A DNA stretch of 63,796 bases, counting the filler, from Aduncisulcus paluster (lineage: Eukaryota), in the NCBI GenBank assembly GCA_024181965.1. It is 18 parts of 18 records of this genome, joined end to end, with 100 filler letters (N's around TTAATTAATTAA, not from the genome) between each part and the next. Parts side by side here need not be neighbours in the genome. Positions count along the whole stretch, not along the records: positions 1 to 1,734 come from BQXS01011962.1; positions 1,835 to 4,003 come from BQXS01011963.1; positions 4,104 to 6,064 come from BQXS01011964.1; positions 6,165 to 7,960 come from BQXS01011965.1; positions 8,061 to 9,849 come from BQXS01011966.1; positions 9,950 to 12,009 come from BQXS01011967.1; 12 more parts are not named here. One strand, 5' to 3'. Positions 1 to 10,981 of this stretch are shown piece by piece. Numbering within the stretch: position 1 is the first letter of the stretch; each line of letters begins with the position of its first letter. The notes under the pieces are model-generated. The model was not told where the DNA came from, made no database searches, and saw nothing but the letters and a program-made list of their open reading frames with translations. The translations under genes were made by a program, and so were the position numbers.

Positions 1-1
1 T

Positions 2-277
2 TTGCTCAGCATGGAGCACTTCAATTACCTCCGTGCTGAGCAGGTCACGATGCTCGGTCTCTCTCTGCCAGAGCCGTGCTCAGGTAGGGAGATGATGGAG
101 AGATGTGTTCGTCGACATAGGGAGGCCCTGGATTCATTATTCCCTCGATTAATGTTGAGGCCAATCTATGAACAGCAGTGTTGTTTTGGACAGTATCTTC
201 TTTTCGAGGGGAAGAGTATATGCGATTTATTCGTTTCCTGTCCCAAATGGCACACGGCTGCAATGAACCGGAAATGA
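2..277 (+). CDS. Hypothetical protein, 3' fragment
   Basis: Frame is open from the window edge, is GC-richer than the downstream spacer, and has no recognisable motif. Confidence 0.35.
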   Translation: MLSMEHFNYLRAEQVTMLGLSLPEPCSGREMMERCVRRHREALDSLFPRLMLRPIYEQQCCFGQYLLFEGKSICDLFVSCPKWHTAAMNRK

Positions 278-422
278 AGAGATATTGACCATAAATAATA
301 ACATAATTATAAATAAATCGTGTTGTAATATACATTGAAACTCCAAAATATTTATTTTATCACTTAATGGCCAAGAAGGAAGTTTGTATTTTGTTTTGGG
401 GTGATTTAGCAAATAATATCAC

Positions 423-1734
423 ATGGAAAAGGTATATTCTTTTTCTAAATTTGAAAATAATAGTCAAAAAATTCCAAAATCTTCTCATACCCCAAAAAGA
501 GAAGATTTACCCATATCATCTCCATATCTCAGCGATCTTACAAAATCTACACATTCATCGCCGAGGTCCAGTAGCTTATCATATACACCACCAATGGGAT
601 CACGATCTTTTCGTCGTTCTACAACAAGACCTGTAGATCCTACTACAATCCCACATACTCCCTCTCCTTTATCAATTCAACAACAAAGAGTTATCAGATC
701 ACTCAAAAGAGCCTCCAAAACTGCTGAAGCTGCTGGAATGCCTCTTCCAGTTTTTGATTTCACGTTTCTACCTCCAACCGATACTGGAACATTAGATGAT
801 ACGCTCCCTCATTTGTTAGGCGATGATATGAGAGTATTAAGCAGCGTAGAATTTGAAAAACAGAACGAAGAACGAATTTCTGAACAGTTATCATCTGAAT
901 TGCACATTTCAAAATTTGCTGAAATTGAAAAGCTTCATGACGACCCATACCATGAAAAATTCAGTTCGGGTCCACATCTCATTCATAATAACCGAAGACA
1001 TACAATTTCTAACTCAAACAACAAACAATCTCCATCCAGGGGTCGCAGTGTCAGTTCTGGAAGACAAAGATCATCTCATTCCGAATATAGTCAACCAGAG
1101 CGTCGTAGGACCATGTCCGTTGGACGACGTCGTGTATCAACAAGCTTGGTATCTTCTCCAAGTTCTGGATATTCCTCTTCTGCCTCCCAGCGAGCTGGAT
1201 CTGATTTCACCCTCCCTCGCCTTGATGGTGCCAGACCCAAGACCATGAGTGCCTCCCACAGTCCTTCGGATAGAAGAACATTCGTCGGCAAGCGGCCTTC
1301 CCAATCTCCAGGCACATCGTCTCCCCTGAGCAAATCTGCTCGATCTCCTCTTCAACGTGATTCTTCTCCATTATCCAATCCCATGGTTGCCACCCCTCCG
1401 AGAGCCAAACGTTCTTCTTCCTTTGGCCATCTTGACTTTCACCGTAATTCATCATCTCCCCTTCATTCTTCTCCCCTCACTCAGTCATCTCTCAGAACCT
1501 CCTCTTTTCGATTCAACACTTCACACGATAATAGTCCGACTCTTGAGCAATCCATGGATCCAATTGTCCAATCTTCGTCCTCCAATCCAGACCATTCAAA
1601 GCATGACATTGAATCCTATTTCCACCCGCATCCCCCTCCTTCTCCTCCTCCACAGTCACAAACAAGAAGACCATCATTTCCAGGGAGACCAAGAGCTTTC
1701 AGTGGTCCCGCAGTCACATCTGACCCACCTCAAT
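423..1734 (+). CDS. Ser/Pro/Arg-rich, probably disordered protein, 3'-truncated
   Basis: ATG follows an AT-rich spacer and ~437 codons are open to the contig end. It has many SP and RxxS motifs. Confidence 0.75.
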
Positions 1735-1834
1735 NNNNNNNNNNNNNNNNNNNNNNNNNNNNNNNNNNNNNNNNNNNNTTAATTAATTAANNNNNNNNNN
1801 NNNNNNNNNNNNNNNNNNNNNNNNNNNNNNNNNN
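1735..1834. other. Artificial contig linker N44-TTAATTAATTAA-N44, first of 17. The others start at 4004, 6065, 7961, 9850, 12010, 14718, 16937, 24884, 27469, 30815, 34606, 36496, 38198, 40189, 60075 and 61753.
   Basis: The same 100-bp cassette with stops in all six frames recurs 17 times. ORF ends reading 'XXX-LIN' come from it. Confidence 0.99.
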
Positions 1835-1835
1835 G

Positions 1836-2585
1836 CCATTATTGTCATGTACACACATCAAATTTGCTCATATTCTCCTCATGTGTTTGTTAAATGATCA
1901 ATCCTCACTCGATTATGCAACTGCTTGTACTCCTGCTCAGGCCAGAGAAGCATTATCTCTTGCAGTAAGACACAGAAGAATATTTATTCCACTTTGTGTC
2001 AAAGCAAGTGTTATCTCTGCTTCAAAAGTGACACAAGGGGGAGAAGAACGATACAGTGTGAGGAAATCAAAGACCCATTTTATCTCCCATTTGGAAGATT
2101 GGGTAAAGGACTGTGGTCCAATGGGCCCATTTTCCGCTCAGGTTGGAGAGCGACTTAACAAAAGTGTCTTAAATGGTTATAAGCACATTCGCACTCATCC
2201 ACAACGACACATTCTTGCAGCAGAAGTTCTTCCCTTTTTAAATTTGACCCCCATAAAACCCACTACAATCCCATGCACAAAGTTTATCAAGGATAAATTT
2301 TATTATTTTATTTATCCAGGACATGAAGATTTTTATGATGCGTTCAGATTCTCAGCTCTGTGTGAGGATCAAAAAAAGGTGAAAGGAATTCATTATACTT
2401 ACATCGATGGAAATCAAATGGAGGTAAATGGGGTTATTGGGTTTTATATTTATACAGAGGTTGGAGAAACTGAAATTTTAGCTTCAAACATCTATGACAG
2501 ATTCGATGCAGCTCTCGCAAAAGATTTGGGGTATTGTTCGATTGAAAAAAGTGCATTGATTGTCCCGGTTAGGAGTAGGAAGTGA
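1836..2585 (+). mobile_element. DDE transposase C-terminal fragment, CMC (CACTA/Mirage/Chapaev)-like, 5'-truncated
   Basis: KTHFISHLEDWVKDCGPMGPFSAQVGERLNK (~2070-2160) fits the H-x3-H...GP...E-R-x-N signature around the catalytic Glu of CMC-type transposases. Confidence 0.65.
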
Positions 2586-3449
2586 TCATAATGATGAACC
2601 TCTCCTCTATGAACTGTCAACGATTGCTTTCATCTCGGGTCCAATCTGGATGTGTATTAAAATTAAGCGTTCCCCAGTTACAAATGCCGTATAGAATGAA
2701 TATACTTTACTCTCTATTGTATAATATTAAAATCTTTTGGGGTAACTCCAAATTGAAGGAGCATCAATAATATTTTGCTCACTTGACAAGATGCGCTATC
2801 AGTTATTTATTGTTAATTATTAAAAAATAAAAATAATATTAGAGTAATTATATTATTAGTTTTATGCATATACCACATTAATTTTATATTATTATGTTGA
2901 TAGCAGCGGGGGCGTAAATTTAGCGTTCTTTAAGAAATATAAAAAAAAATATATTTATTCTTTAAGCTCCATAAGTCACGATTATATAATTATATTTATT
3001 ATAAATTTTAATTAACAGGGCGTCGAGATACGGGGGTCCAAAAAACACCAAAAAGCACTTTTTTAAGACCTCTCGACTTACACCTCGATAAATTATTAGT
3101 ATGCCATATACTAATAATATTTTTATTATTAGTTTTTAATTTCCAGAGGTGCACCTTGCGCTACAGGGGAGATTTAAATTTTCTGTCAGCCACGATATCA
3201 GACCCTTTCTCAGCATTTTCCAATGACATTAATGTATATATAATAATGTTTTATTCAAGTATTGACGATATCTTTATTTTTAATCGACAATTTAATTATA
3301 TATGATTGTTTATAAGCAATTTTAGCAATTATTAATTTCGAAAGAAAAATCAATTATAATAATATATTATATAATATTATTTAATTAGCTCGTCAATAAA
3401 ATATATTTTAGTTCTTAAAGCTCAAAGAATGCAAAAAAAATTCTGATTG

Positions 3450-3677
3450 TGTGGTGACCATCTTGTTTTCGTGAATCTCTAACATATTATTATTTATTAT
3501 TTTGTTTTATTAATATTATTTCTATTTTATTATTATTTATGTTCTTAATTTATTATATTTATTATGTTCCAACTTAGTCAATATTCTATTTTTAGATAAT
3601 CTTGATTCTTCGTATAACTCAGTAAATTGTCTTCAAGCTTAGATTAAATTCCTTTCGGAAGCCTACTTGATACCACA
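3450..3677 (+). mobile_element. Putative 5' LTR of element A (228 bp)
   Basis: Starts TGTGGT and ends ACCACA (6-bp terminal inverted repeat, TG...CA). The first 12 nt, TGTGGTGACCAT, are identical to element B. It is followed by a palindrome and an ORF. Confidence 0.65.
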
Positions 3678-3690
3678 TTTTGATCAAAAT
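3677..3690. promoter_or_regulatory. 14-bp palindrome ATTTTGATCAAAAT at the primer-binding-site position, element A
   Basis: Perfect palindrome overlapping the terminal A of the LTR. It occupies the same position in elements B and C. Confidence 0.7.
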
Positions 3691-3753
3691 TACTATTATC
3701 AGGTAATTTATTGTGTTAATTCCGAAACTTTGAAAATTGTAAACTTTCGATAA

Positions 3754-4003
3754 ATGACGAAGGTTAAAACCGTGAAAACTGCTAATAACACATCGAGTGT
3801 TAAAGCTAAGGGTGATTCTGATGTTGTGATCATTGGAAAACGTGTGAGCCCTAAGAGGAAAGCTGGTGATAGTGTTTCCTCGACCGTGGCCCGAGATAAA
3901 TCTGAAATTATGTCGCCAACAGTTAAATCTAGTGTTGAAGGTGATAAAACTGTTGAAGACTCCGTGAGTGTTATTGAAAAAGACGGTTTATTAGTGTTGA
4001 AGG
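3754..4003 (+). CDS. Putative gag N-terminus of element A, truncated
   Basis: ATG lies 64 bp after the palindrome and the frame is open to the contig end. The product is basic and Ser-rich. The gag call rests on position only. Confidence 0.5.
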
Positions 4004-4103
4004 NNNNNNNNNNNNNNNNNNNNNNNNNNNNNNNNNNNNNNNNNNNNTTAATTAATTAANNNNNNNNNNNNNNNNNNNNNNNNNNNNNNNNNNNNNNNNN
4101 NNN

Positions 4104-5227
4104 AAGATAACTTGCTATTGACCTAGAATTGGAATGTTGTGTCACTTGTCGATTCTTTCCTAAGTTCTGAGTATAGTCGTTTCTCAACTCTTTCCATGGC
4201 GTCTTCTTCTCTCTTCTTTCTGCTCTTTCTCTTCGAATACGGCATCTTTTTGTTCTTTCGTCCCTCTTTTTCATCCTCAGTCTCTTCTTCTTCTTCTTCT
4301 GATTTCTTCTCTTCAGAGTCACCCTCCAACTCCATATCTTCATCAAAATTGAAATCAATTCTCTCTTCTTGCTCCTTCTTCTTCAGCCTCCTCATCATCC
4401 TCATACGAATATTCGTCATCTTTTCTCTCTTTCTCTCTCTCTTTTGCTGTTGAAAACCTCTCAATTTGGAATATTTTAGATCTTTTTCTCAATTCAACAA
4501 TCAGATCTGCATTCAAGAGCCTTCATTCTCATATTAAATATATTTGTTTGAGCATCATTAAGTATTACTCCTAATACATCGGTAAAATCGGTCATAAGCC
4601 CGAGTTGCAGGTCATGAAGCACTTCACCACAATGAAGGCGGAGAGGATCAAATAACATTCTTTCTTGGCGATGAAAACATGTGACCAAGGAAGGTGATGG
4701 ATGATACAGTGCAAAGTCCTTTTCGAAAGTTGCAGAATCATTTTCTTGAGGGAAGAATAGAACATGTACCAATGAATAATGATTCACATTGAACGCATCC
4801 ATGAATCATTTGTCATATCTCGGCGAAATGTGCCATTTTTCATCATCTCCCGATCTTGAATAAATACCTATCCTTTTTTTACAGCGAATGCATTCAGCAC
4901 TGCTGATGCTATGGCGGTCATATACGCTTTGATTAATCATACTAGGATTTAAAACATGAGATCTCTCTTCTGAGTACTCTGCTAAAACATCACCTTCACC
5001 GTTATAATAAATAAATTACTTTTTCAGTAAGGACTTCATAATAGTACAGTATATAGTACTCTGTTTGATACATGTTCAATAGTTCTTTTCATTAATTCGG
5101 GTGTCATATCTTTATAAAATTCACATAACATGGCAAAGAACTTACGATTAGTAAGGACAGTGAAATTTGTCTTCAATTTTCGAACAAACTTCACGAAATG
5201 GATCGATGTTGGGAAAAATTGTTCCAT
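4104..5227 (-). pseudogene. Fragmented gene within the repeat, ending in a Glu/Lys-rich region
   Basis: Consecutive coding-like frames are broken by an in-frame TGA (...PRYDK*FMDAF...) and by frameshifts. Confidence 0.5.
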
Positions 5228-5400
5228 TTCGAGATTTTACTGTCGACCTAATCGATGGTATTTTCTACCATAGAGTTTGAATTTGTCATTTTTGGAGTTC
5301 AACAGGATAAGCAATGTGAACTTCCTTTCAAAGGGATATGAGTGATAATAACGGGGGTATTATAACGTAGTATTAATATTATGTAATGTACACCGTGGAA
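4352..5400 (-). repeat. Dispersed repeat copy 1, carrying a disrupted coding sequence
   Basis: Near-identical to 10982-12009 in the opposite orientation, with the same ORF fragments (MEQFFPTS..., MDAFNVNH...). This copy has an extra 21 bp near 4900-4920. Confidence 0.95.
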
Positions 5401-6165
5401 TTTTTAAGTTTGAAATTTGAAGGCATTGTTATCAAATATAAATTTAGCAGCTTATACAGTGATATACATTCTACAGGAGTGGAATAAAGGCACATTAAAA
5501 AAAAACTAATGCTAGTACTAGAAACCAATGAATTGTGAATTTTCTTAATTAAGTTTTGAGGTGGAAGAGGGAGTGGAAATGAAAATTCAGGTTTTTCTAG
5601 CGAAGCCATAAATTCCCCAAAATACTATTTAGGAATAGCATTCCTTTGGGGTTGAAGAAAAAGTACAAAAATATTTGAATAAATACTTAAAAAATGGGAA
5701 AATAGATCCAATAATCCATAATTTCGAGGCTTTGGCCATTGAATCTGCCCATAATATATCTATCATTAAGAGCCAGAATTCTCGTTGGATGATACTGATG
5801 CTATCCTCGAGGCCCTGTTTCGCCATGAAATCTATAAATCTTGGAGCAAGTTGATTGGCTATGTAACATATTTGATGTACATTGAGAATAAGTGGACCTC
5901 AGCCGGATTCGTTATCAGTTTCGAGAGCCCACAAGTTATCGTTACCACCTGATCTTCAGATGATTCGTCTTATTAAATAAATAATTAATATTAATAAAAT
6001 GCATATAAAATTATACTTAAATAAGCTCGTGAAGTCAGAGAGAAACGATGGTCGGAAGCTCGAGNNNNNNNNNNNNNNNNNNNNNNNNNNNNNNNNNNNN
6101 NNNNNNNNTTAATTAATTAANNNNNNNNNNNNNNNNNNNNNNNNNNNNNNNNNNNNNNNNNNNNT

Positions 6166-7960
6166 CGTGAAACCAAAAGGAAAGTGAATGGTGTCGAGGA
6201 GGTTGTCAGAGCTGGATATGGTGCCATAAGCGAGACTGTTCACGATGGTTGGAGTGGCGACATATCCCATCAACAAACTGATGCAGAGATCAGAAGGAGG
6301 GAGAGAGAGAAAGGAAAAGGTGGTTTTGTTGGACAATCTGGTGGTTCATCTTCAGAGCAGGCACAGTCATCTATAAGTGGTCATCAACCAACATTCCCAG
6401 GGGACAAATCTCAGCGTTCAACAACCAATGTCGATGGTTCTGTTTCCGCTAAGGAAGATCAGAGTATTTCCCAAGGAAAGAACGGTGGCACATCTGGTGT
6501 GAGTCACGATGGCAATACAACTTCTGATTCCCTTCGTGGATCTCTTGTTCCCGAGAATTCCGGTACAGAGATGTCTTCTACGTTCCCTGGCTCAGACAAA
6601 CCACTTACACAGAGTGAGTTTATTGTCAAGTGTGGTGAAGAAGAAGAGAAGTTGGAGCTTGAAGAAGACAAAGCATACAACGAGTTGGAAGAGAGAAGGA
6701 GGAAGCGACGTCAAGAATTAATGGCCCGTGAGGATGAGATGTTCAGGACTCGTCTTTCCTTGGCAGATAAGAATAGAGAGAGAGAAAGGATAATCCAGGA
6801 ACATCGAGAGAGGGAAGCTGCTATTGAAAGACAGATAGACGATGAAGTTTCCATGCAAAGACAGTTGTTAGCTAACAAACTCGATGCCAGACGGAAGAGG
6901 GTCATGCTCAGGCTTAAAAGACATCAAGATGAAAGTATTCGCAATGCTGAGCTTCAAAAGAAGAAAGAAGAAGAGGAGCTCAGGAAAGAACATCAAAAAG
7001 AAGAAGCAAAAGAGATATTGAATGATTTCCTAGAAACGTCAAAGGCGAAAGGAAAGACCGAGATCAAATCTCTTCTTGCACTTCATAAAAGTGTGATTAA
7101 GAAAGCTTCTGATGGCGAAAGGAGTGCATTGAGTAAGATAGCCAAGGAAGATGTGAAAGATTTCGAACAACAACTTAAAGATAATATGAAAGAACAACAA
7201 ATAGCTAACACACAGATGATTAAGGCAGTTGTGAAGAAAAAAGAAGTTGAAAGAGCTCTCAAAATCCTTGACGAGAAACGGAAAGCTGTTGAGCAACGTC
7301 AAGAAGATGAAAGGAACGAAATGGATGCAATGGAATCTGAAGAACGTGCCCGTGAAGAAGCCAAACTCGAAGATGAACTTGAAACTGCCGGGGTGAATGC
7401 TCACAATACCCTTAATGAACAGTTGAAAGTGGCTCTTTCTGAGGCTGGAAATGCAAAAGAGAGAGAAAGACTGATTGCGATACATAAGAGTCGAATGGAA
7501 CAAGTAGAAAACAACATTGATTTGGAAAGACGCAAGCAACGTGAAGCTCTTGAAGCCAAGCTTTCACGGAGGAGAGAACAAAGAAAGACTGCCCAAATTG
7601 CCAAGCATGAAAGTGAGTTGAATGGTATATTGGATCGAAAAGCAAAGGCCATTTCTCTACATAACAGTCTGCAGACTGATGAAGCTGCTGCCAAAGCAAA
7701 GCTTCACTCGTTGAAAGAAGTTGAGAAGAAGAGGGCTGAACTTCGAGCTAAATTAACCGATGAACTGAAGAGATTACTTGAAGAAAACCGTCAGAAACAG
7801 AAAGAGGAGGAAGAAGCAAAGAAAGCCGAAGAATCTCGAGGAAGAAGAGGAAGAGGAAGAGGAAGGAGAGATCGTGATAAAGCTGGCGATAAAGCTGGTG
7901 AACTATCTGAACAAGATTTACTCAAACAAAAGGAAAGAATGAAAGAAATCCAAGCTAAGA
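6166..7960 (+). CDS. Long coiled-coil protein, internal fragment
   Basis: Open across the whole contig. It is E/K/R-rich heptad-like sequence after a Gly/Ser-rich start. Confidence 0.85.
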
Positions 7961-8062
7961 NNNNNNNNNNNNNNNNNNNNNNNNNNNNNNNNNNNNNNNN
8001 NNNNTTAATTAATTAANNNNNNNNNNNNNNNNNNNNNNNNNNNNNNNNNNNNNNNNNNNNAC

Positions 8063-9220
8063 CACCTTCAGAAACATCCAAGTTCAGGATCCTCCCCAAT
8101 CTATCCGAGGGTATCAGCATCGTCATTGCATTCTTATCATCCTTCTACCACTGGTCATCCTTCTACCACTGGTGATAGATCACATTTCCCTGTCTCCAGC
8201 ACATCACCTCCTCCTCATTCACATGCACATGCACATGTACATGGACATGTACATTCACATGGACATACACATGGGCATTCCATTCATATTCATATTCCTG
8301 TTCCTGTGCCTCCAATGTTCCCCCTTACTTCCTCCTCTTCCTCTTCTTCTTCTTCCTCCTCTTCTTCTTCCTCCTCATCTTCCTCCTCTTCTTCTTCGCA
8401 TTCATACACAAGACCAGGATTAGAATCAGTAGGGTCAGAATCAGTATTAAGGTCAGGCCGTGGAACTTCTTCTGTGGGCATCCATAGTAACCATTCCCAA
8501 GCTCAAGATATGATAATGTCGTCTACAATGTCCTCCTCATCTCCAACAATACAGCCATCAATACAACCAACACTGCAGCCATCAATGCAGCCATCAATGC
8601 AGCCATCAATACAGCCATCAATACAAGCCCTGTCATCTGCTTCTATGGGTGATGAGATGGATATGTTCCTCAGGAGTGTTCGTCATGCCATTGGATTGGA
8701 TTCTTCTTCCTCTTTCCTGGTGCCACCTCACTGTGACCAGATATCATCCAATCCATGTGGACACACTCCTTTCGAACGCACTCTACCCTTATTCGCACAC
8801 ATGTTGAAATGTTTCCCCATGTCAAGCTTTAAGCATTCCCTTGAACAATACATTATGGGAATCTGTGGAAAGCATTTCAAGAGGGTAAATGCCATGGTGC
8901 TTGCAAACGATCTGGTCAATCCTTCTTCCTCCTCTTCCTCCTCCTCTTCCTCCTCCTCTTCACTACCTCAGCAACATGGTTCTGTGCATCAAGACCATGC
9001 AGAATCGGATAAGAGGGGAATATATGCCCGGTTTGACTTGAACAATGAGCATTTGTGCAGATATGATAATCGAATCATTCCAATTCTCATGGAACTCCAC
9101 GTTGTCACTGTTGATTACATTGACAGAGAATGCATCTTCGATTCGATTTCCCTTGATGATGCCAATTTGTCGCTGTTCTTTTCTCCTTCAGTATTCTACG
9201 ATAAGTGCAAACAACGATAG
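8063..9220 (+). CDS. Hypothetical protein with alternating-His tract, poly-Ser runs and QPS(I/M) repeats, 5'-truncated
   Basis: Frame is open from the contig start and contains HSHAHAHVHGHVHSHGHTHGHSIHIHI and a tandem 12-bp repeat at ~8545-8625. Confidence 0.75.
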   Translation, partial: HLQKHPSSGSSPIYPRVSASSLHSYHPSTTGHPSTTGDRSHFPVSSTSPPPHSHAHAHVHGHVHSHGHTHGHSIHIHIPVPVPPMFPLTSSSSSSSSSSSSSSSSSSSSSSSHSYTRPGLESVGSESVLRSGRGTSSVGIHSNHSQAQDMIMSSTMSSSSPTIQPSIQPTLQPSMQPSMQPSIQPSIQALSSASMGDEMDMFLRSVRHAIGLDSSSSFLVPPHCDQISSNPCGHTPFERTLPLFAHMLKCFPMSSFKHSLEQYIMGICGKHFKRVNAMVLANDLVNPSSSSSSSSSSSSSLPQQHGSVHQDHAESDKRGIYARFDLNNEHLCRYDNRIIPILMELHVVTVDYIDRECIFDSISLDDANLSLFFSPSVFYDKCKQR

Positions 9221-9248
9221 TTTCTTGGACTCGAATGATGGAGTATAT

Positions 9249-9276
9249 TGTGATTGTGATTGTGATTGTGATTGTG
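9249..9276 (+). repeat. (TGTGAT)n microsatellite
   Basis: Read directly from the sequence. Confidence 0.9.
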
Positions 9277-9545
9277 CGATTAATTTATGATTAATTAGTT
9301 CCATGTTTTTACTTCATGAATGTATGTTTTTATAACAACAATAATAATAATACAGAATAGAGAGCAATTCCAAACAACGCTCCAAAGTTCAAAAAAAATG
9401 TCTCATCGTGAAGGAGAGTATGCAACTTGTTCAACAATCAACAATCAACTTCAAGCTTGAAATAAACTCTTCTCTCAATTGTTCCATTAACTTGATGGCA
9501 TTAAGAATAAAAATAAAATCTTACATCAGAATCTTTCCACATCAC

Positions 9546-9849
9546 TCACTGACTCTGATCCCAACCTTCCTCATGCTCAACACCAGCAACACCACATCTA
9601 ATTCCTTCAATGGTTCCAACAGAGCCACCATACTTCTTGCGTTGCTCACGGATAATGGCTTCAATGCTTGGACACTCATAGTCTTCGCCAATCGTGGGAA
9701 GGAAAGGTTTGATGCATTGGACTTTCACACGAGCTTCATGCACACTCATGCGTTTCTTACGGTCAAGCAGAGTGAGACCTGTGAATACTTCATCAAATAT
9801 TTTATGAACAGGTTCGTACTTGCCATCCTCAATGGTCAAGAGAGAGTCA
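9546..9849 (-). CDS. Protein kinase C-terminal fragment, paralogue of 34706-35542
   Basis: VFTGLTLLDRKKRMSVHEARVKVQCIKP...CPSI aligns with VFEGLTKINPEKRMSVHEARIAVQKIKP...CPSI. Confidence 0.85.
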
Positions 9850-9951
9850 NNNNNNNNNNNNNNNNNNNNNNNNNNNNNNNNNNNNNNNNNNNNTTAATTA
9901 ATTAANNNNNNNNNNNNNNNNNNNNNNNNNNNNNNNNNNNNNNNNNNNNCA

Positions 9952-10395
9952 TGGCAGGCTCTTAAAATTGACACTGAAGAATTTACAAAGACATGGAATG
10001 AATTGGAGAAATCCATTGAAGTTGCATATATCTCTTCAATATTTAGAATTCCGAGTGACAAAATGAAAAACGCCAGGAAGAACATATCGATTGCTAGAAT
10101 TTTTGAATTTAGCAAATTATTTGGAATTGATTTCATATCATTAAAAAATAATTTGAAAAGATTCGAAGAAGCAATTCAAAGGGGAGGATTTGAAGATAAA
10201 CGATGGGATCTAGATTTTAGCGATTTTGGATATTTTGTTCAACATTGTTTAAGTGGTTCAGCAAGTGGTGCCTGCATCGAGCGGTTTTTTAAAACGTGTA
10301 GAGACTTTTGCTCTCCTTTACGTGGTCAACAAAAAACAAAAAAGCTATTGGCGAAGGCAATTGTAAAATATAATTATTGGGTGAATAAAAAATGA
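9952..10395 (+). mobile_element. hAT-superfamily transposase, C-terminal dimerisation region, 5'-truncated
   Basis: LSGSASGACIERFFKTCRDFCSPLRGQQKTKKLLAKAIVKYN fits the hAT (P)ASSAxxERxFS...R...L...N motif. Confidence 0.7.
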
Positions 10396-10981
10396 TTTAA
10401 TATCTTTCCTTATATTATTTTGTTTTTCTATTATGGCTATTATTTATAAAACATGGTGTAGAATATAAATTCAAAAATTTGAATTTGTCAGAGCATAAAA
10501 CACTCATGCATGAAGGTGTCAACTGAGTGCGGTAAAATAAATATCTGTATTTGAACGATTTATTATATCAGCTAACTTGTTAACCAATTCATTTCTTTAT
10601 TGTCAAAAGTGAAAAATGAGAAAGCTTGAAACGAACCATAGTATGGTTCCTTTAATCGGTTATTCTCTGTAATTTTATTATTACTAATACTATTAGTAGT
10701 ACTAATAATAGTAGAACTATTAATAAAGTAAAAATGGCTAATATGGGTTACAACTTTTTTCAACAACGTGTTTTCAGTTTTGATCAATCAATGAATGTCA
10801 TGAAATTGATATTTTTATTTTAACCAACAGTATCAAAGACTATATTGTCGATTCGATAATCAGTCTACGACGCCCGTTCCAATATTTATGGCATAATTTA
10901 GCCTTTTTTGGTCTGTAAATCCCTCTAATACCCATTCTACTCACAAATTTACATGAGTAGCTTTTCTACTATCCCCTCAAT

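Noticed and set aside
1779..1790. Recurring TTAATTAATTAA palindrome between N runs, superficially like an array
   Set aside because: It is a synthetic six-frame-stop contig linker.
3017..3030. CAGGGCGTCGAG as a hAT terminal inverted repeat related to CGACGCCC at ~10868
   Set aside because: Only an 8-bp match on different contigs, with no partner repeat or TSD.
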